From contig NC_052149.1 in the NCBI RefSeq assembly GCF_902713615.1, positions 126,235,256-126,299,255 of the forward strand: DNA of 64,000 bases. Reading direction: 5' to 3'. This DNA is from Scyliorhinus canicula (taxonomy: Eukaryota). Position numbers and translations under genes: made by a program. The notes beneath the pieces are model-generated. The model ran no database searches. It was given only the letters and a program-made list of their open reading frames with translations, and was not told the origin of the DNA. Shown piece after piece: positions 21,467 to 33,945 of the stretch. Numbering within the stretch: position 1 is the stretch's first letter; every line of letters starts with the position of its first letter.

Positions 21467-24400
21467 CAGAATGGACAGCGTCCCCCCCCCCACCATCGCT
21501 CCGCATCACCGGCAACCTCGGTGCCAACTGGAAAATCTTCAAACAGCGATTCCAGCTTTACCTTGAAGCCACAGACCTGGAAGCTGCTTCAGACGCCAGG
21601 AAGATCGCTCTCTTCCTCTCCACGGCCGGGGACCACGCCATCCACATCTTCAATTCTCTCACTTTTGCTGATGGTGAAGACAAGTCAAAATTCAAGATGG
21701 TCCTCCTCAAATTTGACAGTCACTGTGACATCGACGTGAATGAGTTTTGAGCGCTATGTCTTCCAACAGCATTTGCAGGGTAAGGATGAATCTTTTCAAT
21801 CCTTTCTCACCCACATCCGTATCCTTGCGCAGTCCTGTAACTACGGATCCACCTCCGGCTCCATGATACGCGACCAGATCGTTTTCGGTGTTCAGTCGGA
21901 CCCCCTACGCCAGCAGCTCCTCAAGGTAAAGCAGCTCACCCTTGCGATTGCCATCGAGACCTGCGTTCTGCATGAACACACCACTAACCGATACTCGCAC
22001 ATTCAAGCGGCTGAAACGGCGCGGCAAGGTCTCCACGAGGCAGAACGGGTACAAGCAATCAAGCAACTCCAGGGCCTCAGCCTGGATGAGGACGGCCATT
22101 TTGCGCGCTTTTCACGGCCTCCCACGCATGCGCGCACTGAACGAGGGGACGGCGATGCCGAAGAACGCACTGCGCAGGCGCACACCACGTACGACCGCAC
22201 CGCGCATGCGCGCTGGCGCACCGAGCGTTCTGACGTCACGACATGCGGCAACTGTGGCTCCGCCCACTTCAAGCAGTAATCTCCTGCAAAATCCCGACGC
22301 TGCCTACAATGTGGCAAACTTGGCCACTATGCTGCTTTATGCAGGTCTGCTCAGCCTGCCAACTCTCGCCACTCCAACCAGCTACACAGGGATGTCTGCA
22401 CCATCCAGCCCACAGTCACCGAACCCGATTCTGACCTACTGCATGACCTTGACACCGAGGACCCTAAAGCTCTATTTCGGGTCGGTTTCATAACCAAACA
22501 CAGGATGCCCCCGAAGCCAAAAGTCCAGCCTCTCCCGATATTCAGCATTGATCCGGACGACGAGTGGTGTGCCACACTTACGGTCAACCAATCCCAAACC
22601 CGATTCTGCCTGGACACCGGCGCTTCAGCCAATCCCATTGCGCGATCTGACCTCGAAAGCCTCCGTGTCAAGCCGACCATCCTGCCATCAGCCTTCCAGC
22701 TGTTGAAATGAAATGAAAAATGAAAAATGAAAATTGCTTATTGTCACGAGTAGGCTTTAATGTCGTTACTGTGAAAAGCCCCTAGTTGCCACATTCCGGC
22801 GCCTGTCCGGGGAGGCTGGTACGGGAATCGAACCGTGCTGCTGGCCTGCTTGGTCTTCTTTAAAAGCCAGCGATTTAGCCGAGTGAGCTAAACCAGGATT
22901 ATAATGGTAATGCCATTGCTGCCAGTGGCTCGTGCCAACTTGAAGTGGCGCATCGGTCACTAAAGGCTAACCTGCCATTTGAAATAGTGGGATCCTCCAA
23001 AGCCTCCCTGCTTGGTGCACAAGCAAGCAAACTGCTGAACCTTGTCCAAAGGGTTCACTCTCTGTCACCTACTGACGCGTCTGCATCTCAGGACACTGAC
23101 TTTAGGATGCAGCTGGACACCATCATTAATCGATACCACGGTGTATTCGAGGGCAAGGGCACGCTCCCATACACCTACAAGATTTTATTGAAACCGAATG
23201 CCACGCCTGTGGTGCACACACCTCGCAGGGTCTCAGCACCCCTTAAGGACCGCCTCAAGCAGCAACTGCAGGACCTCCAGGACCAAGGAGTAATTTCAAA
23301 AGTTACGGAACCGACTGACTGAGTCAACTCCATGGTATGTGTGAAAAAACCTTCCGGCGAATTGTGAATATGTATTGATCCCAAGGACCTCAACCACAAT
23401 ATTATGAGAGAGCAATATCCCATTCCAAAGCGCGAAGAACTCACCTGTGAGGTGGCTTGCACCAAGTTATTTACCAAGCTGGACGCATCCAAGGGGTTCT
23501 GGCAGATCCAACTCGACACATCCAGCAGGAAGCTCTGCACCTTTAACACCCCCTTTGGCCGGTATTGTTACAACAGGATGCCGTTTGGCATCATCTCTGC
23601 ATCAGAAGTGTTCCACAGGATTATGGAACAGATGATGGAAGGTATTGAAGGGTTTCGCATCTATGTGAATGACATAATTGTCTGGTCCACCACCCCGCAG
23701 GAGCACATTGATCACCTCCAGCGCATCTTCCGATGGATACATGAGCATGGCCTCCGCCTCAACAGGGCCAAATGCTCCTTTGGTTAGACAGAAATTAAGT
23801 TCCTCGGAGACCACATCTCCCAATTGGGTGTGCAGCCGGATGCGGACACGGTAGCTGCCATTAAGGCCATGAAGACACCGGAGGACAAGAAGGCGGTCCT
23901 CTGCTTCCTGGGCATGGTCAACTTTCTAGGGAAATTTATCCCTAACCTCGCCTCTCACACCACGGCTCTCAGGAACCTGGTCAGGAAGACGACAGAGTTC
24001 CAATGGCTCCCGCCCACGAACACGAATGGCGGGAACTCAGGGCAAAGCTGACCACGGCCCCGGTCTTGGCATTTTTTGATCCGGCCAAAGAAACAAAGAT
24101 TTCTATGAATGCCAGTCAATCTGGCATTGGAGCAGTGCTCCTTCAACGTGATGATGCCTCATCATGGGCTCCCGTTGCATACGCGTCACGTGCGATGACG
24201 CACACCGAACAGCGCTATGCGCAACTTGAAAAGGAGTGCCTGGGCCTTCTTACCAGAGTCGTCAAATTCCATGGCTATGTCTACGGACTCCCAAAGTTCA
24301 CAGTCGAAACAGACCACAGACCGCTGGTCAATATCATTCAAAAAGACCTTAACGACATGACGCCTCGCCTGCAGCGCATTCTGCTCAAGCTCAGGCGCTA

Positions 24401-25533
24401 CGGCTTTGAGCTCGTCTACACCCCGGGCAAGGAGCTCATCGTCGCTGACTACCCTCTCCTGGTCTGTCACAACACCCTGCGACCCAGCGGGCTTCGTGTG
24501 GCAGGTTGATGCCCATGTGGCATTCACTGCTTCCAATCTGCCCGCCACGGATGAACGCTTCGTCCAAATTCGTCGAGAGACGGCCGACGATCCCCTGCTA
24601 CAATGTGTTATGCGCCACCTAACGGACGGGTGGCTCAAGGGCCAATGCCCTCAATTCAATAATGTTAAAGATGATCTGGCGGTCGTAGACGGGATTCCTC
24701 TCAAGCTGGACCGCATTGTCATCCTGCATAGCATGCACCAGCTTGTCCTCGAGCAGCTCCATGAGGGCCACCTGGGAGTGGAGAAGTGCCGCCGATGGGC
24801 CCGTGAGGCAGTGTAATGGCCTGGGATTAACGAGGACATAGCTAAGGCCGTGTTCAACTGCCCAACATGTCAGCGATTCCAGCCTTCGCAGCCAAGGGAA
24901 ACCTTGCAACCCCATGAGTTGGTCACGTCTCCCTGGACCAAGGTAGGCATCGATCTGTTCCATGCGCTTGGCCGGGACTACGTCCGCATTGTGGGCTATT
25001 TCTCAAACAACCCGGAGGTGGTAAGGTTGCTCGACCTCACCTCAGCTGCAGTCATTCATGCGTGTAAGGAAACCTTCGCTCAGCACGGCATCCCACTCAC
25101 AGTCATGTCTGACAATGGCCCCTGTTTTGCCAGTCAGCAGTGGTCCAACTTTGCCAGACGGTACAACTTCGCACATGTCACGTCCAGTCCCCTTTACCCC
25201 CAATCCAATGGTAAAGCAGAGAAGGGAGTGCACATCGTAAAACGGCTCCTGTGTAAGGCGGCCGATGCTGGTTCTGATTTTTACCTTGCCTTGCTTGCCT
25301 TCCGCTCCGCCCCCTTGTCCACCGACCTGTCACCAGCTCAACTACTCATGAATCGCACGCTGTGGACGACGGTGCCGTCCATTCATGTCCCAGACCTGGA
25401 CCATGTTCCAGTCCTTCGCCGGACGCAGCTGACTCGGGCCCAGCACAAATTGGCTTACGACGCCCGTGCCGCGGATCTCCCTGCTCTGGCTCCCGATGAC
25501 AATGTCCGTGTCCAGCTTCCAGATGGTGGCTAG
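21467..25533 (+). pseudogene. Gypsy gag-pol, fragmented
   Basis: gag (GNLGANWKIFKQRF; CLQCGKLGHYAALC), protease DTGAS, RT (LDASKGFWQ; YVND with the catalytic Asp lost), RNase H, integrase HHCC + IDLF + SDNGP. Multiple stops and frameshifts. Confidence 0.9.
22706..22896 (-). mobile_element. Short tRNA-derived SINE inserted in the Gypsy protease region
   Basis: Reverse complement CTGGTTTAGCTCACTCGGCTAAAT (A-box)..GGTTCGATTCCCG (B-box)..TTTTCATTTTTCA tail; removing it restores the pol frame. Confidence 0.9.
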
Positions 25534-26719
25534 TCGCCACCGCTGTGGTGCTCAGACAAGTGGCCCCCGTTCATTCTTGGTTCGTCTACCGGACGGCTCT
25601 CTTCTGCACCGAAATAGGCGGGCACTGCGACTCATTCCGCGCTCGCCACGTGACCTTCAGGTCCTGCCTCGCCATCACGACGACCCCATCAGGGACTTTG
25701 CAGATCCCCCTGTCACTCTGCCACCCTCTGACTCTGACACAGTCCAACCCGTTCCAACACCGGCGGCTCTCGACCCACCCTTGAGGCCGTCAACCAAAAT
25801 TCGTCGTAAATTTATGAAATGTCTGATTCGTGGACTCTCTGAATTGTTTTGTTGCTTTGTTTAATCAACTCACTGGTTTGTACATAATGTTGCTCTAGTT
25901 ACTCTTTTGTTGCATACTATCCATCAGCACTAGACACCGTCCAATGTAAATAGCTTAGTGTTTATGTACAGAGTTTTGTAAATATGCTTGCGCATGCCAC
26001 ACATAGTTAGGAACATTCTCATCACACATTATTTATAACTATGAACACACATTTTTTTTATAAAAGGTGGGATGTAATAATATACACGTCAGTATATAAT
26101 GGTGCAGACACACACTGACTGACACACAGCAAGACCAATCAACACACACAACACAGCAGCCAATCACCAGTTAGGGCACGCTCACTAGAAAGCCAGAGGG
26201 CACTAGTTTTCCCGCTCATTCGGGATGCAGCCTCTGAGAAGGACAGAGCTCGCAGCTTGTAGCATAATCCTTCACCATGTGCTAACAGTCTAGACTGGTC
26301 AGGATAGGCATAGGTCTTCAGTTTAATCTAACATAGTGTCCACCCACAGTGCAAGTATGTTCAACAGTTCCTAGCTTAATAAAATAGTGTTGATTGGTTA
26401 CAAGCGGTTGGTAGCCTGTCTATATTACTGCTAAGGTAAACGCAGTCTCCACAGATCCAGAGTACCCAACACATAATTGATAGACATTCTTGCTGTTTGA
26501 ACATAGAACAGTACAGCACAGAACAGGCCCTTCGGCCTGTTGCCCTCTGCGCCCTCTGCGCCCACAGCCTCTTTGCCTGTAAGCAAAGATGGCTACTCAA
26601 CTCCTCGACTCCCCACAGGAGCCCTTCCATCAGGTTCATGTTTTTCAAAAGGAGTAATAATTGGCACCAGCGTGAGCACTCGCTGGGGAGACTGGTGAAT
26701 GGCAGGAGGTCATTGGATG

Positions 26720-27495
26720 ACGTGAGGCTCTCATTAATTGTATGGAAATGGGCCTTGAATGCTGAATTCTCACCACCCCCTCCTGTCTTCTCCCAGCAGT
26801 TATGGCCAGCCTTCTCCTGTGTGTGTGTGGGTGGAGGTGGGGGGGGTCAGAAAATGCACAGCGTCAGGCAGTCCGCTGCATGCAGCACAGAATGTGGGTA
26901 GCTGGTGGCCTCGGGGCAGGGGCACCCAGCTATGGCGGCCGATATGGGTGCCGGCGTGTGGTGCAGGGTGGTGGTTTGGCCGCCCTCCGGGTTGGAGGGG
27001 GGGTAAGGTTATGGGTGTGTGGGATGGTGGTCAGTGCCAGGGGCACAGTGCTGCCTACCCATCCTGGCCGCCCTCAGGAGGAGGTGATGTTTCTTCCGGC
27101 ACTGCTGGCTGGTGTGGATGGTATTGCTCGTGGCACTTACTGCCTCTGCCATCTGTGCCCAGGCATGGCGAATGACCGGGGTACAAGGTCGTCCACCTTA
27201 CCTCCAGGGCGGCCAGCAGGGTCTCGAGCTCAGCATTCGCAAAATGGAGTGCCTCTCTCCCTGCTGCCATCTTGTTGTCTGGGATGGTGTGTGTGGGGAC
27301 TGAAATGTGTATATGCAGCTGCAGCTTGTCAGCCTCCTGAGGGTTAATCACAGACCCAGAGAATCCCACACAATTTCCCATTGGAATCGATTGTATTCCA
27401 CGTGGCACCGGTGCTGGACCCTCAATGGCCGTTGAATCGGTCCATGTTCGCTGCAGGTTTTGCTGTTGTGGAAGTCCACGAATCCTGCCCCAGCA
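26720..27495 (-). mobile_element. PIF/Harbinger-like fragment with Myb/SANT-like ORF start
   Basis: Minus-strand text MAAGREALHFANAELETLLAALE resembles the Myb/SANT-like (NAIF1-type) N-terminus of Harbinger accessory proteins; TIR-like GGGGCAGGATTC at about 27480-27492. Confidence 0.55.
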
Positions 27496-29329
27496 TCAAC
27501 ACTTAGTCTCAGGAACAGAGACTCAGCAAACGGGTCCATTGCCTCACCCATTAGCTGCTGGGTCTGTTTGCGCTGTAAAAACGAGCTGCCCTGACCATGT
27601 CCAAAGACAATTAAAATCCCATCTTTCAAACCGCTCCCATTCCCACCCCCTTGCTTAGCAGCTGCTGCTAAACTCCGGAATAAATTCCCATCCAGAGTCA
27701 ACTAGATCAGATTTTTCAACTCGTCCTCATCACAATTGTTCATTCCCCCTCTCTGTTCTAACTGGCAAAGTGGACAGAGGTGTTTCCCCTGGATTTCAGC
27801 TCTGACACTCTGCTCAGCATCTCCTGTAACCAGAGGGTTGTATATGGGACCAGATTGTCACTTTACAAATACTCCACTGCGCTCCTTGAATCCTCCTCCT
27901 GCGCTCTCCTCTCCTGCCTATCATTGCTTCATTCAGACACAAGCTGATCCACCAGGGTTTCCCCATCGTTTGTCCTGTTCTCCTCTTTTACCGTCAGTTC
28001 TTGCTCAGGTTTCTCTGTGAGAATTTGAATTTGTCTCTGTATACAGAGCAGCCAAACTGCGTTTCCCTTTGATTCTCTGTGTGAGCTGCTATCTGCTCAC
28101 TCTGCTGCCCTCTCCTCAGGCAGTTAGTGTCCAGCAGCTCCTGTACACTCAATGGTCAGTTCATCGCCTACATACTCGGATATTCTATCCTCCAGTGAGG
28201 GTTTCTTACCTTTGACCCCGTCCATAATTTGTCCTTAACCTTGAAGTCCTGATGGAATCGCCTCTGCTCCTGTTTACTTTTACTGTCAGCTCTTGACTTT
28301 AGGACTTTATGAAGGACAAACTCACACAGACACAGGCTCTTAGTCTCAATCACAAGTGTTTTATTAACAGAGAAAATGCTCATAATTCCTAATACATGAG
28401 CTTTAACTGGTGTAATGGCATCGCACAACACTCCAAACAATGGCTCATTAATAAAACTATCCAATGAAACACCGCAGACAAAACCTCGTGTTTCTGCCTA
28501 AATCTGAGCTCAAAGCCCCTCAGGATTTACTTGCTACTTTTAAACTATCCTTAAACGTCAGCTCCAATCTCCCCGGATCTGGCTGATACTTACAGCTCCC
28601 CGCACAGTTGGTCGTTCCAGTGCGAGCTGTAGGTCCATGCATCACATTGACCCTTCCTGGCTCTGCTTGGTGACTGCAATGCCAGACCTGACTGTCTTGG
28701 CCCTTTTATTACAAAATATTATTGAAATGTCAAAGCATATTTCCTGGAGAAATCCTGTTTGGGTCGTTGGTGCTCAGCACCTTTTTCATCTCCATTTAGC
28801 CTGGTTCCTGCCTTGGTCCAGACAAACTCATTCATTGAGATGTTGTTCCCATGACCGAAACAATGGACCCCATCCAGGTGTGATGTCTCTGGATCCCGAG
28901 TTGATGTGAATGTGATAAAGTCCATTTATCCTTAGCTGTTGTTGACGTTTGTTTGTGTAATAATGGCTGTTGTCTGGGGCCATCAGCTCTGATGGTCTCC
29001 CAGTTACTGCAATTGGATTGTCTGCTGGTCACTGCTTTGTATCTTTGAGATGATAATGACCCAATGCCTTAGTTTCCGTATCAACAGTACAGCGAGCTTT
29101 GGCCTGCTTGTTTGCAGTGTTTAGGTCCATCAAGCTCTTGGGGTTTTATGTTTAATAAAAGTTCAGTTTATGGAGTTTCCAATCCTAGATCGAACAGAAA
29201 AATACCCATCTATTTGATCCAGTTTTCTGTTCAAATCTCTGATGGAGGGACTGGGAGAACGGGCTCGGTGCAGGAATCCTTGGAGAGCGGTGACAACAAC
29301 CTGTGCAGAAAGCAGCCCCCCCCCCCTTT

Positions 29330-30745
29330 ATGTAAATGAATTTGCAGGATGTGGGCTTTGCTGACTAGGCCAGCATTTATAGCCCGTCCCTAATTGCCCT
29401 TCAGAAGGTGGTGCTGAGCAGTATTCTTGAACCGCTGCAGTCCATGTGGTGTAGGTACATCCACCGTGCTGTTAGGGAGACAGCCTCAGGATTTTGACCC
29501 AGTGACAGTGAAGGAACAGTGATATATTTCCAAGTCAGGATGGTGAGTGACTTGGAGGGTAACTCCCAGGTGGTTGTGTCCCCGGTGTATCTGCTGCTCT
29601 TATCCTTCTAGATGGTAGAGGGTCATGGGTTTGGAAGGTGTTGTCTCCGGAATCTTGGTGAGTTCCTGCAGTGCATCTTGTAGACGGTACACATGACTAC
29701 CACTATTTGTCGGTGGTGGAGGGATTGTATTTTTGTGGATGGGATAGCAATCAAGCGGGCTGCTTTGTCCTGGAAGGTCAGCTGATCTCAATCCACCCTG
29801 CCCATGCCCCTCATAATCTTGTTGATCTTGATTAGGTCACCCCTCAGCCTTCTCTGCTCCAACGAAACAACCAAAGCCAATCCAACCGCTCTTCATAACT
29901 TAAATGTTCATCCCAGGGAACATCCTGGTGAAACTCCTCTGCACCTCCTCCTTCTTCCAATGCAATCACATTCTTCAAAAAGTGCAGCGACCAGAATTGA
30001 AGACAGTACTCCAGCTGTGGCCTCACCAAAGCTCTACACAAATTCAACATGACCTCCTTGCTTTTGTAATCTATGCCTCGATTGATGAAGGCAAGCGTAC
30101 CAATTCCTTTTGTAACCATCCTATTAACCTGCCCTTCTGCCTTCAGAGATCCACGGACAAACACGCCAAGGTCTCTTTGTTCCTCAGAACTTCCCAGTGT
30201 CAGGTCGTTCATTGAATACTTCCTTGTCAAATTCCTCCTTTCAAAGTGTAATCACCCCACATTTTTCAGGGTTAAATTCCATCGGCCACTTATCTGCTCA
30301 TTTGACCATCCCGTCTATAACTTCCTGTAACCCACGACACTCAACCTCACTGTTCACCACACGGCCAATCTTCATGTCATCCGCAAACTTACTGATCCTA
30401 CCCCCCAGATAGTCATGTATGTCGTTCATATCAATGACGAATAATAGGATAATAGGGAACCCAGCACAGATCCCTGTCGTCCGCCACTGGACACTGGCTT
30501 CCAGTCACTAAAGCAGCCGTCTGTCATCACCTCTATCTCCTACAACTAAGCCAATTTTGGATCCATCTTATCAAATTAACCTGTACCCCACATGCATTTG
30601 CCTTCTTTATTAGTCTCCTACATGGAACTTTGTCAAAGGCTTTGCTGAAATCCATGTAAACGACGGCAACTATATGACCCTCAAGTACACACCTGGCCGT
30701 GTCCTCAAAATATTCAATCAAATTTGTTAGGCATGACCTCCCTCT
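29330..30745 (-). mobile_element. Antisense LINE pieces including CR1 RT and 3' region
   Basis: Reverse-strand peptides ..QRDLGVFV..LAFINRGIDYKSKEVML..LEYCLQFWS.. and ..VVYMDFSKAFDKVP.. Confidence 0.8.
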
Positions 30746-31425
30746 GACATAGTATAATTATTCTCACTACCAGCCATTTCAGTGCTGGGTTTGTAGTGTC
30801 ATTCTTTACAAATGTCTAAGTAACATTCCAAAATGATTTAATCAGCTTAACATCAAACCTTTACCTCCTGACACTGAACCAATTTGAAATCCAATTTGTC
30901 ACTTTCCCTTAGATTCCATCAGCTTTTAATTTTCAGACCCGTCTGTCATTGGAAACTTGTCAAAATCCTTGGAAGACCCATTTTGTCAACATCAGACTCC
31001 ATCCCCTCATCAACCCTCCTTGTTCCCTCGACAACAAGTTCAATCAAGTTAGTCAGACACGACCTTCCCTTCACAAATCCATGTTAACTGTCCTTGATCG
31101 AACTGTGTCTCTCTCAATGATGATCATAATTTCTCTCAGAATTATTTCCAATAATGTCCCCACCACTGAGGTTAGACTGACTGGTCAGTAATGACTCAGT
31201 CTGTCCCTTCCTCCCTTTTTAAACAACTGTACAACATTATCAGCCCTCCAGTCCCCCGACACCATGCCTGTAGTCAGAGAGGATTGGAAAATAATGGTCA
31301 GAGCCTCCGCTATTTCTTCCCTTAGCAGCCTGGGATACATTTCACCCAGGCCTGGGGGTATCTCCCCTTTCAAAGCTGCCAAACACATTAATATCTCCTC
31401 TTTCTCTATCTTTATCACATCCAAT

Positions 31426-31868
31426 GGGCGCGTGTCTCCGACCCCCACGCCGGGTGGGAGAATCGCGGGAGTGCCGGGTGATTCCCGCCACGCCGCCCTG
31501 GCACCCGCACGCGATTCTCCCACTCAACTCCCAAAACGGCGTGCCACGTTTTACGACAGGCCGCTCGGAGAATCGCCGCTCGTCGTTTCTAAGGTCGAGC
31601 GGCAATTTTCCGGCCTGGATGTGCCGAGCGGCCTGCCCAATACGACGGTTGACGTCGGCGCCAACCACACCTGGTCGCTGCCGGCGTGAACAGCGCGTGA
31701 ACATTTGACGTGGCGCCAAGGCCCGGCACGCGTAATTGACGCGGCGCCGCTCCTAGCCCCCTGGGGTGGGAGAATAGGGGGCGAGGAGCGGCCTCCGACG
31801 CCGGCGTCAAACATCCCAGTTTTCAGTCCGGCGTCGGCACTTTGTCTCCTGTTGGCAGAATTTCGCCC
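31426..31868. mobile_element. PIF/Harbinger-like MITE with 3-bp TSD
   Basis: TIR-like GGGCGCG.. / ..TTTCGCCC; AAT at 31423-31425 and 31869-31871. Confidence 0.8.
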
Positions 31869-32122
31869 AATATTTCACAATTCTCCTCCTGATCTACAAT
31901 GTCTGCTTTGTCCCTCGCATTAGTGAAAACTGATGTAAATTATTCATTAAGAACCATCTCCATGTTTTCCACCTCCACACACAAGTTTCATTTTGCTCTC
32001 TAATTGGTCCCACTTATTCATTAGTTATCCTGCAGCAATGTCCCTCACTATTGCTTTGTGTGAACATATTTGTTCTGAACTCTCTCTATCTCCAGCTTGA
32101 ATATCCTCCCACTGCTCTGACA

Positions 32123-33945
32123 ACCCAAAAGCTTTCTATAGGTATGTCAGGAATAAAAGAATGACTAGGGTAAGAGTAGGGCCAGTCAAGGACAGTGGTG
32201 GGAAGTTGTGTGTAGAGGCTGAAGAGATAAGCGAGATACTAAATGAATACTTTTCGTCAGTATTCACTCAAGAAAAAGATAATACTGTGGAGGAGAATGC
32301 TGAGACCCAGGCTATTAGAATAGATGGCATTGAGGTGCATAGGAAAGAAGTGTTGGCAATTCTGGACAAGGTGAAAATAGATAAGTCCCCGGGGCCGGAT
32401 GGGATTTATCCTAGGATTCTCTGGGAAGCCAGGGAAGAGATTGCTGAGCCTTTGGCTTTGATTTTTAGGTCATCATTGGCTACAGGAATAGTGCCAGAGG
32501 ACTGGAGGATAGCAAATGTGGTCCCTTTGTTCAAGAAGGGGAGTAGAGATAACCCCGGTAACTATAGGCCGGTGAGCCTAACGTCTGTGGTGGGTAAGGT
32601 CTTGGAGAGGATTATAAAAGATACGATTTATAATCATCTAGATAGGAATAATATGATTAGGGATAGTCAGCATGGTTTTGTGAAGGATAGGTCATGCCTC
32701 ACAAACCTTATCGAGTTCTTTGAGAAGGTGACTGAACAGGTAGATGAGGGTAGAGCAGTTGATGTGGTGTATATGGATTTCAGTAAAGCGTTTGATAAGG
32801 TTCCCCACGGTCGGCTACTGCAGAAAATACGGAGGCTGGGGATTGAGGGTGATTTAGAGATGTGGATCAGAAATTGGCTAGTTGAAAGAAGACAGAGAGT
32901 GGTAGTTGATGGGAAATGTTCAGAATGGAGTTCAGTTACGAGTGGCGTACCACAAGGATCTGTTCTGGGGCCGTTGCTGTTTGTCATTTTTATAAATGAC
33001 CTAGAGGAGGGCGCAGAAGGATGGGTGAGTAAATTTGCAGACGACACTAAAGTCGGTGGAGTTGTAGACAGTGCGGAAGGATGTTGCAGGTTACAGAGGG
33101 ACATAGATAAGCTGCAGAGCTGGGCTGAGAGGTGGCAAATGGAGTTTAATGTGGAGAAGTGTGAGGTGATTCACTTTGGAAAGAATAACAGGAATGCGGA
33201 ATATTTGGCTAATGGTAAAATTCTTGGTAGTGTGGATGAGCAGAGGGATCTCGGTGTCCATGTACATAGATCCCTGAAAGTTGCCACCCAGGTTGATAGG
33301 GTTGTGAAGAAGGCCTATGGTGTGTTGGCCTTTATTGGTAGAGGGATTGAGTTCCGGAGCCATGAGGTCATGTTGCAGTTGTACAAAACTCTAGTACGGC
33401 CGCATTTGGAGTATTGCGTACAGTTCTGGTCGCCTCATTATAGGAAGGACGTGGAAGCTTTGGAACGGGTGCAGAGAAGATTTACCAGGATGTTGCCTGG
33501 TATGGAGGGAAAATCTTATGAGGAAAGGCTGATGGACTTGAGGTTGTTTTCGTTAGAGAGAAGAAGGTTAAGAGGTGACTTAATAGAGGCATACAAAATG
33601 ATCAGAGGGTTAGATAGGGTGGACAGCGAGAGCCTTCTCCCGCGGATGGGTGTGGCTAGCACGAGGGGACATAGCCTTAAATTGAGGGGTAATAGATATA
33701 GGACAGAGGTCAGAGGTGGGTTTTTTACGCAAAGAGTGGTGAGGCTGTGGAATGCCCTACCTGCAACAGTAGTGAACTCGCCAACATTGAGGGCATTTAA
33801 AAGTTTATTGGATAAGCATATGGATGATAAGGGCATAGTGTAGGTTAGATGGCCTTTAGTTTTTTTTTTCCATGTCGGTGCAACATCGAGGGCCGAAGGG
33901 CCTGTACTGCGCTGTATCGTTCTATGTTCTATGTTCTATGTTCTA
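32123..33945 (+). mobile_element. Young 5'-truncated CR1 LINE with intact RT frame
   Basis: Uninterrupted 560-codon ORF at 32161-33843, 3' UTR ending in a (CTATGTT)n tail, candidate TSD TGACA (32118-32122 / 33946-33950). Confidence 0.93.
32161..33843 (+). CDS. CR1 ORF2 reverse transcriptase domain (open frame; lacks endonuclease and native start)
   Basis: KSPGPDG, NYRPVSLTS, QHGF, DFSKAFD, PQGSVLGP and FADD motifs. Confidence 0.85.
   Translation: MTRVRVGPVKDSGGKLCVEAEEISEILNEYFSSVFTQEKDNTVEENAETQAIRIDGIEVHRKEVLAILDKVKIDKSPGPDGIYPRILWEAREEIAEPLALIFRSSLATGIVPEDWRIANVVPLFKKGSRDNPGNYRPVSLTSVVGKVLERIIKDTIYNHLDRNNMIRDSQHGFVKDRSCLTNLIEFFEKVTEQVDEGRAVDVVYMDFSKAFDKVPHGRLLQKIRRLGIEGDLEMWIRNWLVERRQRVVVDGKCSEWSSVTSGVPQGSVLGPLLFVIFINDLEEGAEGWVSKFADDTKVGGVVDSAEGCCRLQRDIDKLQSWAERWQMEFNVEKCEVIHFGKNNRNAEYLANGKILGSVDEQRDLGVHVHRSLKVATQVDRVVKKAYGVLAFIGRGIEFRSHEVMLQLYKTLVRPHLEYCVQFWSPHYRKDVEALERVQRRFTRMLPGMEGKSYEERLMDLRLFSLERRRLRGDLIEAYKMIRGLDRVDSESLLPRMGVASTRGHSLKLRGNRYRTEVRGGFFTQRVVRLWNALPATVVNSPTLRAFKSLLDKHMDDKGIV

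Larger units (their letters stand above)
20985..26473 (+). mobile_element. Ty3/Gypsy LTR retrotransposon, full structure but defective
   Basis: 401-bp LTRs at 20985-21385 and 26073-26473 (TG..CA), PBS-like TGGTACCAG at about 21389, PPT AAAAGGTGGGA before the 3' LTR; gag with CCHC knuckle; PR-RT-RH-IN order. Confidence 0.95.

Noticed and set aside
28790-28822. Minus-strand WTKAGTRL resembling a J segment
   Set aside because: No FGXG, no RSS and no splice donor.
29039-29090. GAG ATG ATA ATG ACC CAA (EMIMTQ) plus GTATCAACAG resembling a decayed V
   Set aside because: 14/18 nt match to the V start is suggestive, but it needs a deletion of about 70 nt to reach the YQQ-like piece, and no leader, FR3 or RSS is recognisable. 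An HMM search would be needed to revive it.
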